The notes under the pieces are model-generated. The model was not told the origin of the DNA, made no database searches, and saw only the letters and a program-made list of their open reading frames with translations. Both the position numbers and the translations under genes were made by a program. A stretch of DNA of 63,260 nt, counting the filler, from Reticulomyxa filosa (Eukaryota; Protista; Foraminifera): assembly GCA_000512085.1 (NCBI GenBank). It is 12 parts of 12 records of this genome, joined end to end, with 100 filler letters (N's around TTAATTAATTAA, not from the genome) between each part and the next. Parts side by side here need not be neighbours in the genome. Positions count along the whole stretch, not along the records: positions 7,228 to 16,372 come from ASPP01007218.1; positions 16,473 to 18,913 come from ASPP01040996.1; 10 more parts are not named here. The stretch is one strand, 5' to 3'. This document shows positions 8,646-19,013 of this stretch, one piece after another; the stretch's first letter is position 1, and every line of letters starts with the position of its first letter.

Positions 8646-10677
8646 ATGTCCGTGGTGAAAAACCCTCAGAAGGTGTATGTGGGTAACCTTCCTCGAGACG
8701 TGACAGAAAGTCAAATAGAAAAGTTATTTCGAGAGGTTGGAAAAGTGATCGGGTTCGAGTTCAAAGGAGATTTTGCATTTGTTGAATTCGACGATGCTTA
8801 TGCAGCTGAAGAAGCAGTAAAGTTAATTTATCCCTCCGCATTTATTTTTACTTGCGCAGAAAACAAAAAATAAAATTTTTTTGAGCTTTCGGATGGCCCG
8901 GCCCCAAATAAATAATCTTTCTTTTGTTTACTTTTCGAAAGGGAGGGAAAAAAGAAAGGAAAGAGGAAGAAGGCAAAATAAACAAAAAAAAACAAGAGAC
9001 AGACAAATGCAACAAGATCTTGCAAAGATTTTTTGCATCCTTTTTGTGCAATTTTTTGTAATGAGAAATGTGTGCGATATTCCGCTGTGGAAAAACGTTA
9101 TTAGGGTAATTAATTAAAACCCAAATGACAAAAATGGATTTTTCTGTGTGTGATGAATATTTATTGAAATTGTTGATTTGAGATATGTGGGTTTTATTTT
9201 GTACCTTTTTGCCTTTAATTGTCCCTATACACAATTGTTGACGCAATAAAATATGTTATGCAATGCATTTTTGAAACGTGACATTCAACAATTGAGGGAG
9301 GCCAAGGGGGTTGGTTATTCCATTGCGTCGTGTTGGCCCAGAAACCCTCAATAAGAAAAAAATTCAAAACAACAAACATAAACAAATTGAACAACAATTA
9401 CAAACAATACAATACATAAAATATTCCTTTCCAGATCTCTCGATAGACATAATCTCCATGGAAGAAAAATTATTGTTGAACCTTTCAGATACAGGTATTC
9501 ATTTCTTTTTTGTTTTGTACGTACACGTTTTTATCCTATTTGTGTCATTTGTTTTGGTCTGTTTTATTACGGCCGTCCGCACATTTTTTTGGGCAAAAAA
9601 GTAAATCAATTACCAACATCTCTTCAACATAATACAGAGGTGGAGATCCAAGATATCGCCGTCCACCCCCAAAAGGCAAACGTGGTCAATTTCGTTTAAT
9701 TATCAGTGGCATTAGTTCAGATACAACAGCCGAAGAAATTCGCAAATGGGCTGAGAGCGAAAAGTTGCAATCCATTGCGTTGACTGACGTTTATAACAGA
9801 CACGGAATGGTAAAAAATTCTGTTCTCTCTTTGTCTTATTGTTTTTTTATGAAATTATTGTTACATACAAAAAAAGGCAATAACAAAAAAAAAAGAGCGA
9901 AGGAGTAATCGAATTTGTAGACCAAACTGAGTTCGAAACTGCGCTTCGATTGTTGGATGGGATGAAATTCAGTGGTCATAGTGTGCGTGTGTATGATGAA
10001 CGTGATTATAATCGCAGAAAATTGAGAGCCTATGGGCCAGTGTCGCAACACGATCGCGACCGTGATCGAGATAGAGACAGATATAAATATCGAGATAGAG
10101 GAGATAGGGATAGAGAGAGAGATAGGGATCGAGACCGAGATAGAGAGCGTGGAAGTGATGGATATGGGCATGAAAAAAGAAGAAGAGATCCTTATCCAAG
10201 AGGAGACAGCAGAGATCGATACCCGGAAAGAGATCATAAGTTACTTTATTGTGATATCATTATCATTGTTATTGTTATTGTCAATTGAATTTTGCAAATG
10301 ATGTGTAAAATGGGAATGCATTATAATACAGCGATCGAGATGAATCACGAAATGACGTGAAACGTGGATATCGTGGAGAAAATGGTCACAACCGAGAGCG
10401 TCCAGCACGAAGCCGTACACGAAGTAGAAGTCGTGACAATGACAGATACAGAGACCAATCACGCGATCAAAATAAAGAACCCAAAAAATCACGCAGTCAG
10501 AGCAAAGACAAAAAAGAAAAAGAGCGTGACCCAAGCCGTGACAAAGAAAGAGATCGCGAGCGTAGCCATGATCGCAGTCGAGATCGTAGCAGAAGTAAAG
10601 ACAAAAAAAGAAAAGAAAGTGGCCGAGAAAAGGGTCGTAGTGACAGCCGTAATAAAGGAAGGTCACGCTCTAATTAA
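8646..10677 (+). CDS. SR-family splicing factor (two RRMs plus RD/RS domain; SRSF4/5/6-like layout)
   Basis: RRM1 has VYVGNL and KGDFAFVEF, continued after intron 8822-9434 as KSLDRHNLHGRKIIVE. RRM2 reads FRLIISGISS..|SEGVIEF..LDGMKFSGHSVRV. Long RD/RE/RS dipeptide tail to 10677. Confidence 0.9.
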
Positions 10678-11623
10678 AAATGTTATTTGCGTTTACATTA
10701 ACCTTATTGAAAGAAAGGGGATGTGGTGATGGAATTATTACTTGTTCATTTGAAAATTTTACCTGCAATCCTAAAAATCCTCTTTGCATTTTGTTGCAAG
10801 AATACTTGCAAAACAAAATTGCTCAAAAAATGCTTTCGAGTGGATAACAGAAGGTCAGCAATTTTTTTTGGATATTTACCAGAGAAAGTTTATCACACTT
10901 TTTTTGTTATCAGAATCCTGACAATGCGTATTATTGAAAAGTAAACAATGTTTTAAATAAGGAATAAACTAGAAATACCTCACAACATTTTTGGTTATTA
11001 TTTCATTTCAACATTGCATTTGGACAGAAATGACAAAATTGAAAAACTTTGACGATTCGTAATTTTTATTAAAAAAATAGCTGTATAACCATGAATCATT
11101 TTTTGGTATCCATTACAATTTCCAGTGTTGAGAAATTTTTGTTTCATTTCATAAATTATATAAATGCCATTATATGCGTCTTCAAAGCATTTTCTATTTT
11201 ATCTATTTAATTTCTTTTATAAATTTATTTCAAAATTCAGTCATATGGTTTTGATGATTGCTGTCGCAAAAGAAAAGACATGATTTGAAATAGAAACAAT
11301 ACTATGCTCTTTTGGAGGTATTTATCAAAATGTTTTCAAAAAGCGTGTATTACTTCCCAACTGAAAGAAAAGTTTGTAGAATTAGTGCCACTCAACAAAT
11401 ATTAAATAAAATCAATTCATGGAAAAATTTCGCTTGATAAACGTAATTGATGAAATTTACAAGGATAAAGGAAAAATATTGATTAATTTTACACAAAAGT
11501 ATATTGGCGAATTGCAATAGAATTGTTGTAAAGATTGCTACTAGTGAGCGAACAAAATACAGTTTTTTAAGATCCTTTTTTTTGATAAGTGAAATATTTC
11601 TTTGCATTTAAAACTCAATAAAA

Positions 11624-12712
11624 ATGTCACTTGCCTCCAACGATCCTTCACCTCCAAAAGAAGAGACAGAAAAAAAAAGTGAGCCGTCACAAACAGTGTG
11701 TATGTACTTGCCAGAGCCAATCCCAAAAAACCCAACCCGAACGTTTCGCTCGTGGAAAATGAAGGGCACACACTGGACGTTAATGGGTTACTCCCGGAGT
11801 CGTGACAAAACATTTTTTTTTATCCTCAATTGAGCATTGCACTGGATGCAGGTTACTGTCGTGGCCGCTTAGCGGACAACATATTTCTAACGCACGGGCA
11901 TGCGGATCATAGCTACGACTTGGGTTATATGTGCACGCATCAGCAAGGCATGAGTATACATTGCCCTGTCGAAATAAAAGATCACATTAGTAATTACTGT
12001 AAAGTGTTCGTGGAATTAAATGGATACAAAACTTTGCCAGATAAGCCTAACTGGCACTTTCGAATCAATGATGCAAGCCTGATGATGTCATACACTTTGG
12101 AAAAAACAAGGAGTTTATGGCAACGACATTCAAGTTAAAAAAAAAAAAAAATAATACATAAATTTAAATACGGAGCATACAATGTTTTGAAGATGCCACC
12201 ACTCGGTTCCTTGTTTGGGCTACAAGTTTGACGAGAAAAAGAAAGTCCGAAAACCCGAGTACGCGAATATCACAAAGAAAGAGGACTTTATCGCATTAAG
12301 AAAGCAAAATGTAGACGTCAATATGGAAGTATGGGAAAAGAAATTTGTGTATGTTGGTGATACGTCCATCACTGTATTGCATACCAACAAAGATTTATTC
12401 CTTTATCCAATCATTATCATTGAATGCACATTTCTTCATGAAGAAGAAAAAATTCAGGATAAAATTGAACATGATGGTCACATTTTGTGGAAAGACTTAA
12501 AACCTTTTGTTCTCAAACACAGTGACATCACTTGGGTGTTAATTCATTTCAGCTGTCGCTATGATGAACATGAAATTGTTGAGTTTTTTCAAAACGAACA
12601 AAATGAGTTATTAAAAACACAAAAAATTCAAAATACTACCTCCACTTCTATTCCATTGCAAAATATTGTACTCTGGGCTTGTCACAGAACTGATGGAACA
12701 AAGAAATTTTAA
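11624..12712 (+). CDS. Short-form (TM-type) RNase Z / tRNase Z, metallo-beta-lactamase fold
   Basis: Motifs IALDAG, FLTHGHADH, CHHSVPCLGY, short exosite KKKVRKPEY, YVGDT, IECTFL, GHI and LIHFSCRY. Single-base frameshifts near 11825 and 12072; intron ~12134-12192. Confidence 0.85.
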
Positions 12713-13048
12713 AATTTGATTACACTCTTTTTTTAAATAATAGCAAAAAGAAATACAAATAAATTTCCTTTTGATAAATCTTAGAGCTAAACCTATTAAT
12801 TCAAAATTTTTGTTGATAACGTTCCTAACACCTGCAAATGAGAAGATATAACGTGCAGTAAATTTGGTGATGCGTTTTCCTAGAATACAAATACGTAACA
12901 AATATTTTAAAAAGAGTTGTACTACATTGATCCGGTGATGAGGGATTTGATTATTTTAAGAGGATGGGACTGGTGTAATTTAATTAGCACGGAGTGTTGG
13001 GGGAAAAAGTGAACTTTAGATCATTTGAGTCACAAGAAAAGGAAAACG

Positions 13049-13689
13049 ATGACCTCTTTACCTGATGGTGAAAAGCAAAAAAATTCTGATCCAAAAAAAA
13101 AAATAATATCGAAGCAAGCAGCAGACACAAGTAGTAACAACCAGACAGGAAAAAATAACGCAGAAGAAGACGACGGAAAACCAAAACGTAAAACAGGCCG
13201 TCGAAAATCACAGTTAGACAAAGAAGAGATCCGACAACTAAAAGAAGCTTTTGCGTTTTTTGATCACAACGGTGATGGAGGAATATCAACCCAAGAAATT
13301 GGACAAGTGATGAAAACACTTGGACTGGAGATAACTGACGAAGAGCTGAAAGATATTATGAATGATCTGGATGAAAATGGTGACGGGCATATGGATTTTG
13401 ATGAATTTGTGTTAATGATGGATCGTAGAATGAGTGTTGGATCTCAAATGGATGAAATCAAAGCAACATTCACGTTTTTTGATAAAAAGGGTGCGGTAAA
13501 ATTGATTTTGACGAGTTGAAAGAGGTTCTGTCCCGATTAGGTGAAGAAGTTACCGATAAAGATGTCCAAGACATGATAAAAGAAGCCGATATGAATGGAG
13601 ATGGATACATTGACTTTGAAGAATTTATTCAAATGATGATGGCTAATGAAGATGAACACACCAAGAAGTCATTATTATTGAGAGGATAA
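13049..13689 (+). CDS. Calmodulin/centrin-like four-EF-hand protein with basic N-terminal extension
   Basis: EF loops DHNGDGGISTQE, DENGDGHMDFDE, DKKG.GKIDFDE (frameshift ~13493) and DMNGDGYIDFEE. Stop at 13687-13689. Confidence 0.88.
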
Positions 13690-14568
13690 TTTTTGTTTTT
13701 GTGTAAAGTTCATGTGTTGAAAGATTTTTTTTTGCCAATGTATTTTGTTTTGTGGCAAAATACATTTTCTTTTGTTTTTTTGGATTCGCACTGCATCCTT
13801 GTAAACAGGTATGAGGTTTTTTTTCCTGTTTTTCCGCTCTGAACATCACTCTCGTGGATTTATTCATCAATTTATTGTTAAAACTATGGCTTAAAAAAAG
13901 GAGAAAACAAAAAAGTGAAATTGTACTCAAACATTAACCCACAACAATCACAACGTTAAAACTATTCATTATGTAATAAAAATTATTGGCATGTATTGTA
14001 TTAAAAGGGGCCGTATCGCATATTGTTGACAGCTACGTAGTGAGCACTTATATTCTTTGTGGCTATGAAATGCTGGCGGATCATTTTTTGGCCTTTAAAT
14101 AATATACAATACTCAAGTTAACCGTCTTGAATCATGACCCCTTGTGCAATCCTAACACAATTATTTATTTCAAAATGAAACATTTATAGCAACATTTTTG
14201 TAATATGTGCATTACTTTGTTTTTAAAAGTTATTATATTTTTTATTCTTGTAGTCTAATCTAATGAAACGTCACTCAAAATTCGTATTTATTTGGCGAAT
14301 TACATAACTAGCATTAAGCTATACAAACGCTTTCTGTGAAATTGGACAGTTTCATACATGAAAAATAAACTTTTGCATTCTTCAAATTCTTGAATTATTT
14401 TCTCAAAATTCATTTAAAAATACAAAGATTTGTTCTTTTTTGCTGTTTCTCTCGAGTTATTTAAACCAAAGTGTTGTTTTTTTATTGTTTTGGCGCACAA
14501 GAAAAGTATTGTAATTTGAACAATTGTTTTCAATGATTTACGGATAACAAAATTTCCTGAAATTTTTA

Positions 14569-15151
14569 TCACATTAGTTTGAATTGCCCAGTGATTTCAT
14601 CCAAAATTTCATTTGGAGCAGGTCCGACGGCTAGCACAGTATATGTTCCACTTTCCAATTGCGTCTTTCCAGCATCTCTTACCAAATAATGGGGTAGATC
14701 ATATTCAATAGCTTTATTTTGCACTTCCATCATTTCATCCAAATCTTTAACAGAAACAACTACTTTGGGTTGGCCACAAAGCTTCCATTCGAGCAGTAGT
14801 TTACGATGACCATTTTTTATCATCAGTTCATACACGCCAAGAGTGGCATGACAACACTGTGCTTTTGTGAAATGCAAACATTGCATGACCTTTCAGTGTC
14901 TATGACCACTTTGGCAGGGGGAAGAAAAAGAACAATTACCTGCCAATTTCCCTTTTCCCATGGATAGATCTTTGCGTGCACATAACACCTATTTTTTGCG
15001 TCTTGGTTGGTAACCGCTTAAGAACATGTTGAAAAGAGAAACTTGCACAGATACCAGTTTTGTGTGGTAGCTGCTGTTTTGAAGAAGAATTTCGGAACAA
15101 CTCTTCTTTAGACGAGAAAAAGAAGAGCTAAATTTTTGAGATGAAAGTCAT
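14569..15151 (-). CDS. PTH2: Peptidyl-tRNA hydrolase 2 (PTH2/Bit1 family)
   Basis: VLCARKDLSMGKGKLA|AQCCHA..W..GQPKVVV..VRDAGKTQLESGTYTVLAVGP..LDEITGQFKLM. The 5' end is inferred across two apparent indel errors. Confidence 0.9.
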
Positions 15152-15531
15152 CACAATGCCCTTTGTGACGGATAGCAAAGAACGTTATCAAAAGGGAAAC
15201 ACAAAAAGTTTTAAAAAACGCTTTTGCTTTAAAGAAGTGTCACACAACGTTTTGCACTTTTATTGTCATTTCCTACAATGTTTTGTTTAGAAGTGTATTG
15301 TTCATGCCATAATAGTTTTTCTTTATCATTTTACCTATTTAAAATCCAAAAATAGCAGTGAACTTTAATTAAGTAAATTAGTGTGTAATTTTTGTTTAAT
15401 TTTGTTTCAAAAGATTTTTTTGCGGGAGACTTGAACCCTTTTGAGAGGGAAAAAAGATAAAAAGCAACTTTTCAACTTTCTGTGAAAAGGTATTGAATTC
15501 TTTTTTTCTTTTCAGCCGTTGAATTTGTTAG

Positions 15532-16372
15532 ATGATTTCTGCAGCAGAAGAATACAAGAAAAAATTTGACACGTTTGTGACTCGGTGGAAACAATTAGTA
15601 GAAAAAAACGAGTTAGACCAGTGCGAACAGTTTTGTGTTGATGCTATCAGTCACACAAGCAATCAACTTCGAATATTCGAAGATCACAAGCATAATAACA
15701 AATCCTCTGGGAGCAGTGAGTTGATCGAGGCATTGCACAATTTTCGCAGTCAAATTCGGCACATGTATGGAACATTGTTACAAAATTACTTGGAAAGATA
15801 TGAAGAAGCAGTTCATCAATATGACCAATGTATTCAAGAATGGCCCTTCCATGGAAGTGCTCACTGTAACTGGGGAACACTTTGTAAAGACGTCTTTCAG
15901 TTTTGGAAGCATTTTTTTTTTTTTTTTTTTTGCATGAAAATGTTACACGTAGTTGTACATATTTATAACGCATTACACGTTTCAAATATCTTCAGTTATT
16001 TTGGCATGTCTACTATTGCACAAATTTTTTTTTTTTTAAAAAAGTGATAATGAGAAAGCAGAATATCATTTTCGCAAAGCAATTGAATTACAACCAAAGG
16101 ATGCAATATGTCACGATAGTTATGGAATGTTATTGTACAAACAATTAAACAATTACGACGAAGCCCTAAAAATGTTTAACAAAGCAGTGGAACTGAAGCC
16201 CCATATGAGCGAAGCACATAGTCATTTGGCCGAAATCTACAACGACCACTTCAAAGATTTTTCACGTGCAAGTGAACATTACAAAAAGGCCATTGAATTC
16301 GATAAGAACAATCCAGACAAATATTTGGACTATGGTGCGTGCAACAAGTTTTTTTTTTTTTTTTTTTTTTTT
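15532..16372 (+). CDS. TPR-repeat protein, 3'-truncated at contig end
   Basis: TPR-like units YEEAVHQYDQCIQEWP, AEYHFRKAIELQP, YDEALKMFNKAVELKP and ASEHYKKAIEFDK. Intron ~15900-16024. Confidence 0.85.
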
Positions 16373-16472
16373 NNNNNNNNNNNNNNNNNNNNNNNNNNNN
16401 NNNNNNNNNNNNNNNNTTAATTAATTAANNNNNNNNNNNNNNNNNNNNNNNNNNNNNNNNNNNNNNNNNNNN
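16373..16472. other. Artificial contig-joining spacer
   Basis: N44-TTAATTAATTAA-N44. Confidence 0.98.
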
Positions 16473-17121
16473 TTGTCTTTACTATACACCAAAGATTTTC
16501 AATTTGATTTAAATCATGTGAATTTGCAGAAAATTCATTTTTTTCATTTTTTTTTGTTTTAACTATTTTATAATTTTTTCCGATTTATGGCATGTTAGAT
16601 TATCTTGCTGAAAATCAAATTATCTTTATTTTATAAGCAGCAATTGACGCTCTTTATATTTCGTCAGATAAAACTTCGTTATATATATTAGTATTTACTC
16701 TATCTAAGCGTAATATATTCATAATGATCCAAAACATTACAAGACTAAAATGCTTCCACCACCAAATTTTGTTCTTATTGATATGGAATTTTCATCTAAT
16801 TGTAGTCAATCAATATTTCGGCAACAAAATAATCAAAATGACAAAAATCAATATCAAACACCTAAAAAAATCAAAATTGTTTAAAAAAAGATTGGCAAAT
16901 TTCATGACTAAGAGAAAAATACGATTGTACAAATCAAATGAAAGAATAAAATTTTTGAAAAAATTGTAAATACTTAATAAAAAACCAAAATGATATTTAA
17001 AAACTACACGATTCTTAGATATTTTTAAAAAAATTTTGATTAAATGTTGTTTTTTCATTGAGAAATACAATCATCTATATAAGGTAGCATTTTATGTTTC
17101 ACTTTCTTTTTTATCTTACTG
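16473..17121 (-). mobile_element. Decayed, internally deleted Tc1 transposon copy (5' TIR plus DDE fragment)
   Basis: Minus strand ~16481-16615 reads FQQDNLTCHKSEKIIK*LKQKK..SANSHDLNQIENLW. About 16975-17121 matches the MITE TIR and ends CTTACTG followed by TA. The interior aligns with ~42177-42500 and ~42850-42930. Confidence 0.85.
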
Positions 17122-17257
17122 TATTTTTTTTGTGATAAATTTCGGTTAAGAAACTATGTTTTGTTTTGGAATATTTGATTTACATAAACACTTCTACATA
17201 TTGTGATAGTATAATTTCAAATATGTTTTTTCAAAATGATATTACATGAATAATAAA

Positions 17258-18871
17258 CTAAAAATGCCACCATTTGTATAATTGTTTTAAGACTTGATAA
17301 GCACGTTTTGGTCTTCTCCAAAAATCAACACCACCTTTATGGTTTTCACCACCAGGCCTTTTGCAGTTGATATCAATATAACTGCAATTATTACTATTTG
17401 GAATATAGTCACATCTGCCACACAAAGCAGTATCTTGATCATTTGCTTTAATGTCAGCAAACTGCCACATTGTCATTCCACTGATATAGGGACTAACAAA
17501 CATGGTAGTAATTTCAGCTTCGACAACTTGTTCATGATACATTTGTGACCATTCTACTGGCGTAGTATTTCGATATTCATAAATGCCGCTTGCACCGCTT
17601 TCGCTAATTAAAAATGGTTTTCCAGGCCATTGAAGTTGAGCAAAGTAGGAAATATTGGACCAAAACTCGACAACGTAGGATAAGTTGAATAGCTGCTCGT
17701 ACCAACCAGGATACGAATTGAATGATATAATATCACCAATATTGGACAAACACACGTCTTGTAGCAATTTATTGTTTGCCCAGGTAACATAGCGCGTCGT
17801 ATCACGTTGTCGAATAGCACTAGCACTTACATTGTATCCAGGACATGCCTCTGGATTGTTCGAAGGTCCTTCGTTGTAGCTATTCACATTACAATTAAAG
17901 CATTATAATATATATATGTACAAAGTAGAGAACAAAAAAGATGAACACACATAACAATGCCCACAAAACAACAGACGGATTATTGATAGCACTGTCAATC
18001 ATTTCATTGACAGCTTGCACTTGATACTTTAAAAAATAGGGATTAGTTAAATTTTCCACACTGACTTTGGGACCCAAAGTCTCGCTCCAAATCATAATGC
18101 CATTTTCATCGCACAAATCCAAAAAGCGTTGATCTTGTGGATAGTGTGCCCCACGAATGTAATTGACACCCGCATTTACAAGCAACGTGACGTCCTGTTG
18201 AATTTGGTCGTCCGTTAGCGCGCTTCCCGTTTCATTATACATGTGATGGCGATTGTATCCTTTCCATTTGAATATCCCTCCATTCAAAGTCAGTCGCGTG
18301 ATATTTGTTTTGGGGTCCCAATGTTTTCCAATTGTCCGAAGACCATATCGAACCTTTTTGTTCCAACATATAAAAAAAAAAAAAAGTAATATAAAAGGAC
18401 AGCACATAAAAGAATGACCAATAAAATGTCATGAGAACTGTAATTGCATCCAAGGTCTGCGTATACGTTTCATCTACCCAGCGTACTTCCAATGTGTGCA
18501 AATTTGGAGAGCTCGGGGACCAAGGAGTTGGATTCGGGACGACAACTTGGTCTAGCTTTACTGTGTTGTCATTGATTGTGGACTGACTGCTGTACTCTTG
18601 AGTGGTCACATTGTCGTCAAACGTTAACACGAATCGCACCCTTTCTGTTACTTGCCAATCTTTACCAAATACAATGTTGACATTAATTGTTCCTTTCTCC
18701 AGATTCACCGGAAACACTTCCACGCGTTGGAGATAGTTGCTTGTGCGCGGCAGCGTGTGCACCATCACACTTCGAGTGATGCCGCCGTACTCATAAAAAT
18801 CTCCACCTGTGTGCGTTGGCGCCGTGACACTGTGTTATTTTCATCATTCATTGTTTGGGAAGAAGTAAGAT
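17258..18871 (-). CDS. Glycoside hydrolase family 2, beta-glucuronidase-like; 5'-truncated
   Basis: DFYEYGGITRSV, KGYNRH, IRGAHYPQ, acid/base YNEG, FNSYPGWY, nucleophile KPFLISESG, WQFAD, and the GUS-type NHKG (NxKG) motif. Confidence 0.88.
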
Positions 18872-18913
18872 GGTCTTCGATACGTATACGTTCACATTTT
18901 TTTTTTTTTTTTT

Positions 18914-19013
18914 NNNNNNNNNNNNNNNNNNNNNNNNNNNNNNNNNNNNNNNNNNNNTTAATTAATTAANNNNNNNNNNNNNNNNNNNNNNNNNNNNNNN
19001 NNNNNNNNNNNNN
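18914..19013. other. Artificial contig-joining spacer
   Basis: N44-TTAATTAATTAA-N44. Confidence 0.98.

Noticed and set aside
9150-9260. C/D snoRNA from the GTGATGA box (also at ~12935)
   Set aside because: No CTGA D box or terminal stem at a suitable distance.
9836-10666. Long antisense ORFs over the SR gene (likewise over the Kelch, GH31, RPS9 and HYOU1 genes)
   Set aside because: Shadow frames of low-complexity or GC-rich coding sequence, with no independent motifs.
14075-14160. U3 box A-like GGATCATTT and a minus-strand ATTGCAC (U1A-loop-like)
   Set aside because: The other required boxes, 5' ends and Sm sites are absent. Kept only as an unassigned hairpin.
11815-15145. Frameshifts in RNase Z, the calmodulin-like gene and PTH2 (also GH31 ~32515 and 7TM ~33015) as programmed frameshifting or insertional editing
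   Set aside because: Most are single-base indels in or beside homopolymers in otherwise conserved genes, typical of sequencing error. Raw reads or cDNA would settle it.
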